From Lama glama (taxonomy: Eukaryota), in NCBI GenBank assembly GCA_028534125.1, contig CM052817.1, positions 54,500,001 through 54,564,000 on the forward strand: a stretch of DNA of 64,000 nucleotides, read 5' to 3'. The notes under the pieces are model-generated. The model saw only the letters and a program-made list of their open reading frames with translations, was not told where the DNA came from and did no database searches. Each line of letters begins with the position of its first letter. Position 1 is the stretch's first letter. A program made the translations under genes and the position numbers. Below are positions 61,955-64,000 of the stretch, in pieces.

Positions 61955-62670
61955 TTTCAACAAATACATATTAAGCACCCACTGCATGCAGCATGCCCCT
62001 GGACTTGTTCTAAGCCCTGGGACTAGAGTGTCGAAGAAGACAAGTCTCGTCTACTAGTGTGGGACGTGGCAATAAACAAGTGAACAAACAAAAGGCAAAC
62101 TCCGTGATAAATTCCACTTAGACAACTATAGTATTGGGAATAGGACTGAGGCCATACTGAGGCTGTGCCAGGATGGTCAAGAAGGACTTCTTTTAGGAAG
62201 TTGTATTTGAACTTGTCTCCGAATGATGTAAAGGAGTCAGCCATGCAAAGATCTGAGGAAGAATACTTTTGACACATTAAGTGCAAAAGCCCTGAGACAG
62301 GAAAACTTTGATGTCTTGGTGAGAAAAAAATCAGAACAGTGTGGCTGAATGGTAGAGAAGCAAGATGGGATTGGAGAGGTGAGATGGGACGTGAAGATCG
62401 TTTTCTTGTTGCTCTTGTCAGTGTAAAGCCTTGAGAGATTTTCTCAGGAAAGTAATATGATCTGATATGCCTTTCAGAAAGATTATTCCAGCAGCTGTAT
62501 GGAGGGTGGACCAAAAACACAAAACTGAAAGCAAAAAGACCAGAGAAGCAGGCTGTTGCAGAAGTCCAGAGGAGAGTGATTTGGATGAGGGTGGTAGCAG
62601 CTGAGATGCTCAGATGCTGTTAGATGTGAACTCTATTTTGGAGTAGAGTTTATAGAACTCTCTGACTTTG
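61955..62670 (-). mobile_element. L2 fragment
   Basis: ttcaacaaatacatattaagcaccc, aaggagtcagccatgcaaagatctgagg, gtgcaaaagccctgagacagga, ttcagaaagattattccagcagctgt. Confidence 0.85.
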
Positions 62671-62679
62671 CTTCCTTCC

Positions 62680-63345
62680 TTCCTTCTACAAATGCTCAAT
62701 GGAAGGGCGCTAGTACTAAGGATCCTAAGATGATTCTGGTACATTTCCTGACCTGAAAACAATCCAGTGGAGGGAAGGGAGTGAAAGTGCAGGAGCAGAC
62801 ATGTACATGAGGATGTATATCTTATGCTAAATGTACTACGATGGATACACCAGAAATAGGAGAGTGGTAATTCTACTGGGGCAGACGTCCAGGAGGGAGA
62901 AACTCTTTATAGAAAAGGTAATGCTTGAGCTGAATTCTGAAAGATGAGTAGGTGTTTGTTTGTTAGGCAAACAAAGATGGAAAGAGTGCTCCTGGCAGAA
63001 GAAGCAGTGAATGCAAAGGCCAGGCAGCATGAAACATCCTGGCGTTTTTAAGTACTGCAAGTCATGCAGTTTTGTATGGTTTGAAGTTAGACGAGTGGGT
63101 GGATGGTGGGTAGGAGGAAATGAGAAGCTAGATGAGAAATGTAGCTGAAAAGGTAGGCTGGGGCTTGGGCGCTGAATGTCTTCTGTGCTCTGATAAGCAG
63201 TTGGGCTTTGTCTCTTAGGCAGATAAGAATCTTAAAAGAGATAAATACACTCTTGATCAGGTTTGATTTTTTAGAAATGGCATAATGTTAGCAACATGGA
63301 GAATGGATTAGGAAGAGGGCGAGACAAGAGATAAGTCAGAGAATT
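62680..63345 (-). mobile_element. L2 fragment
   Basis: aaggtaatgcttgagctgaattctgaaagatgagtaggtgttt...ctcctggcagaagaagcagtgaatgcaaaggc. Confidence 0.75.
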
Positions 63346-64000
63346 AAAAAAAAAGATTTGTATCAAAAATTATTATTAATATTTAATAATTGATTACAAT
63401 TCACAAATAATTCACTTAGGATTGTTTTCCTCTGTTACACTTAAAAATGCCAATTAAAATCAAAGAAACTTATTTTTATATCCATGTGTGATATTGTATA
63501 GAAAATGTCCAATTTCTCTCGTAACTTTTAGAAAATTTGTGCAGCTGCATGTTGGGACTCGGCAGCCAGATGTTCTCTAAGGTCCCCTTTGACATTCTGT
63601 GAGCTTATGACTAGAACTAACAGAAAGCTCTTTCTCTCTTCACTGATGAGTCCAGTTAAGATAGAATCTATGTTGATATTATCAACTACAACCTTAAGTT
63701 AGTTAGTTCTCAGTGAGTCAATTGTGCTTAGAAGTTGCAGCAACCTAACTCCACTCTTGGTTGGCAGGGTTTGAGTGTGAGCCATATGAACACCACATTG
63801 AGATATGTGTATTGTCCTGTCTGAAAATGAGAAAGAAAATTGACTCAGAGTCTGTATGTCATTGGAAGGCCAGCAGCATAATACTGTTAACTGCAACTAC
63901 TCCCTAACATTTTTATGGAATTTTCTAGTTTCGAAGTTATCTTTAAAAATATCCACAAACCCAATAGTATGCAAAGTGTCCACAAGGCGGTCAATTTCTC

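Noticed and set aside
1..64000. Novel multi-gene, prokaryote-style system (operon, CRISPR array, defence island)
   Set aside because: The sequence is mammalian, repeat-rich non-coding DNA with no long ORFs and no regularly spaced repeat-spacer array.
1..64000. Short ORFs in the six-frame track as genes
   Set aside because: Apart from RPSA-derived ones, they are 60-165 aa, often start at non-ATG codons, overlap repeats or low-complexity DNA, and resemble no protein I recognise.
1..64000. Inferring host-gene strand from repeat orientation bias
   Set aside because: L1s are mostly minus, LTRs are mixed and the RPSA copy is plus; the counts are too small and contradictory.

Overview
This window is AT-rich, CpG-poor mammalian non-coding DNA (intronic or intergenic), not prokaryotic. 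It is most likely from a camelid (alpaca, llama or camel), inferred from several tRNA-derived Vic-1-type SINEs and artiodactyl-type L1 3' ends. A large part of the window is transposable-element fossils: MIR, L2, L1M and younger L1, MaLR/MLT1 LTRs including one near-complete MaLR provirus, two ERV1-type solo LTRs, hAT MITEs, a MER135-like palindrome and a probable ancient RTE-clade LINE. There is a 500-N assembly gap. The only recognisable protein-derived sequence is a disabled, full-length RPSA (uS2/laminin receptor) processed pseudogene at 54499-55491. I found no intact CDS, true tRNA/rRNA gene or CRISPR array, and the ORF track is almost entirely spurious. I see no evidence of a new multi-gene system. 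The best leads are candidate small exons in repeat-free blocks, chiefly a 9-nt minus-strand microexon at 45276-45284 with a long polypyrimidine tract and a YGCY-rich downstream intron; I could not name the host gene. Repeat subfamily names come from recalled consensus sequences, not a database search, and boundaries of old repeats are approximate.
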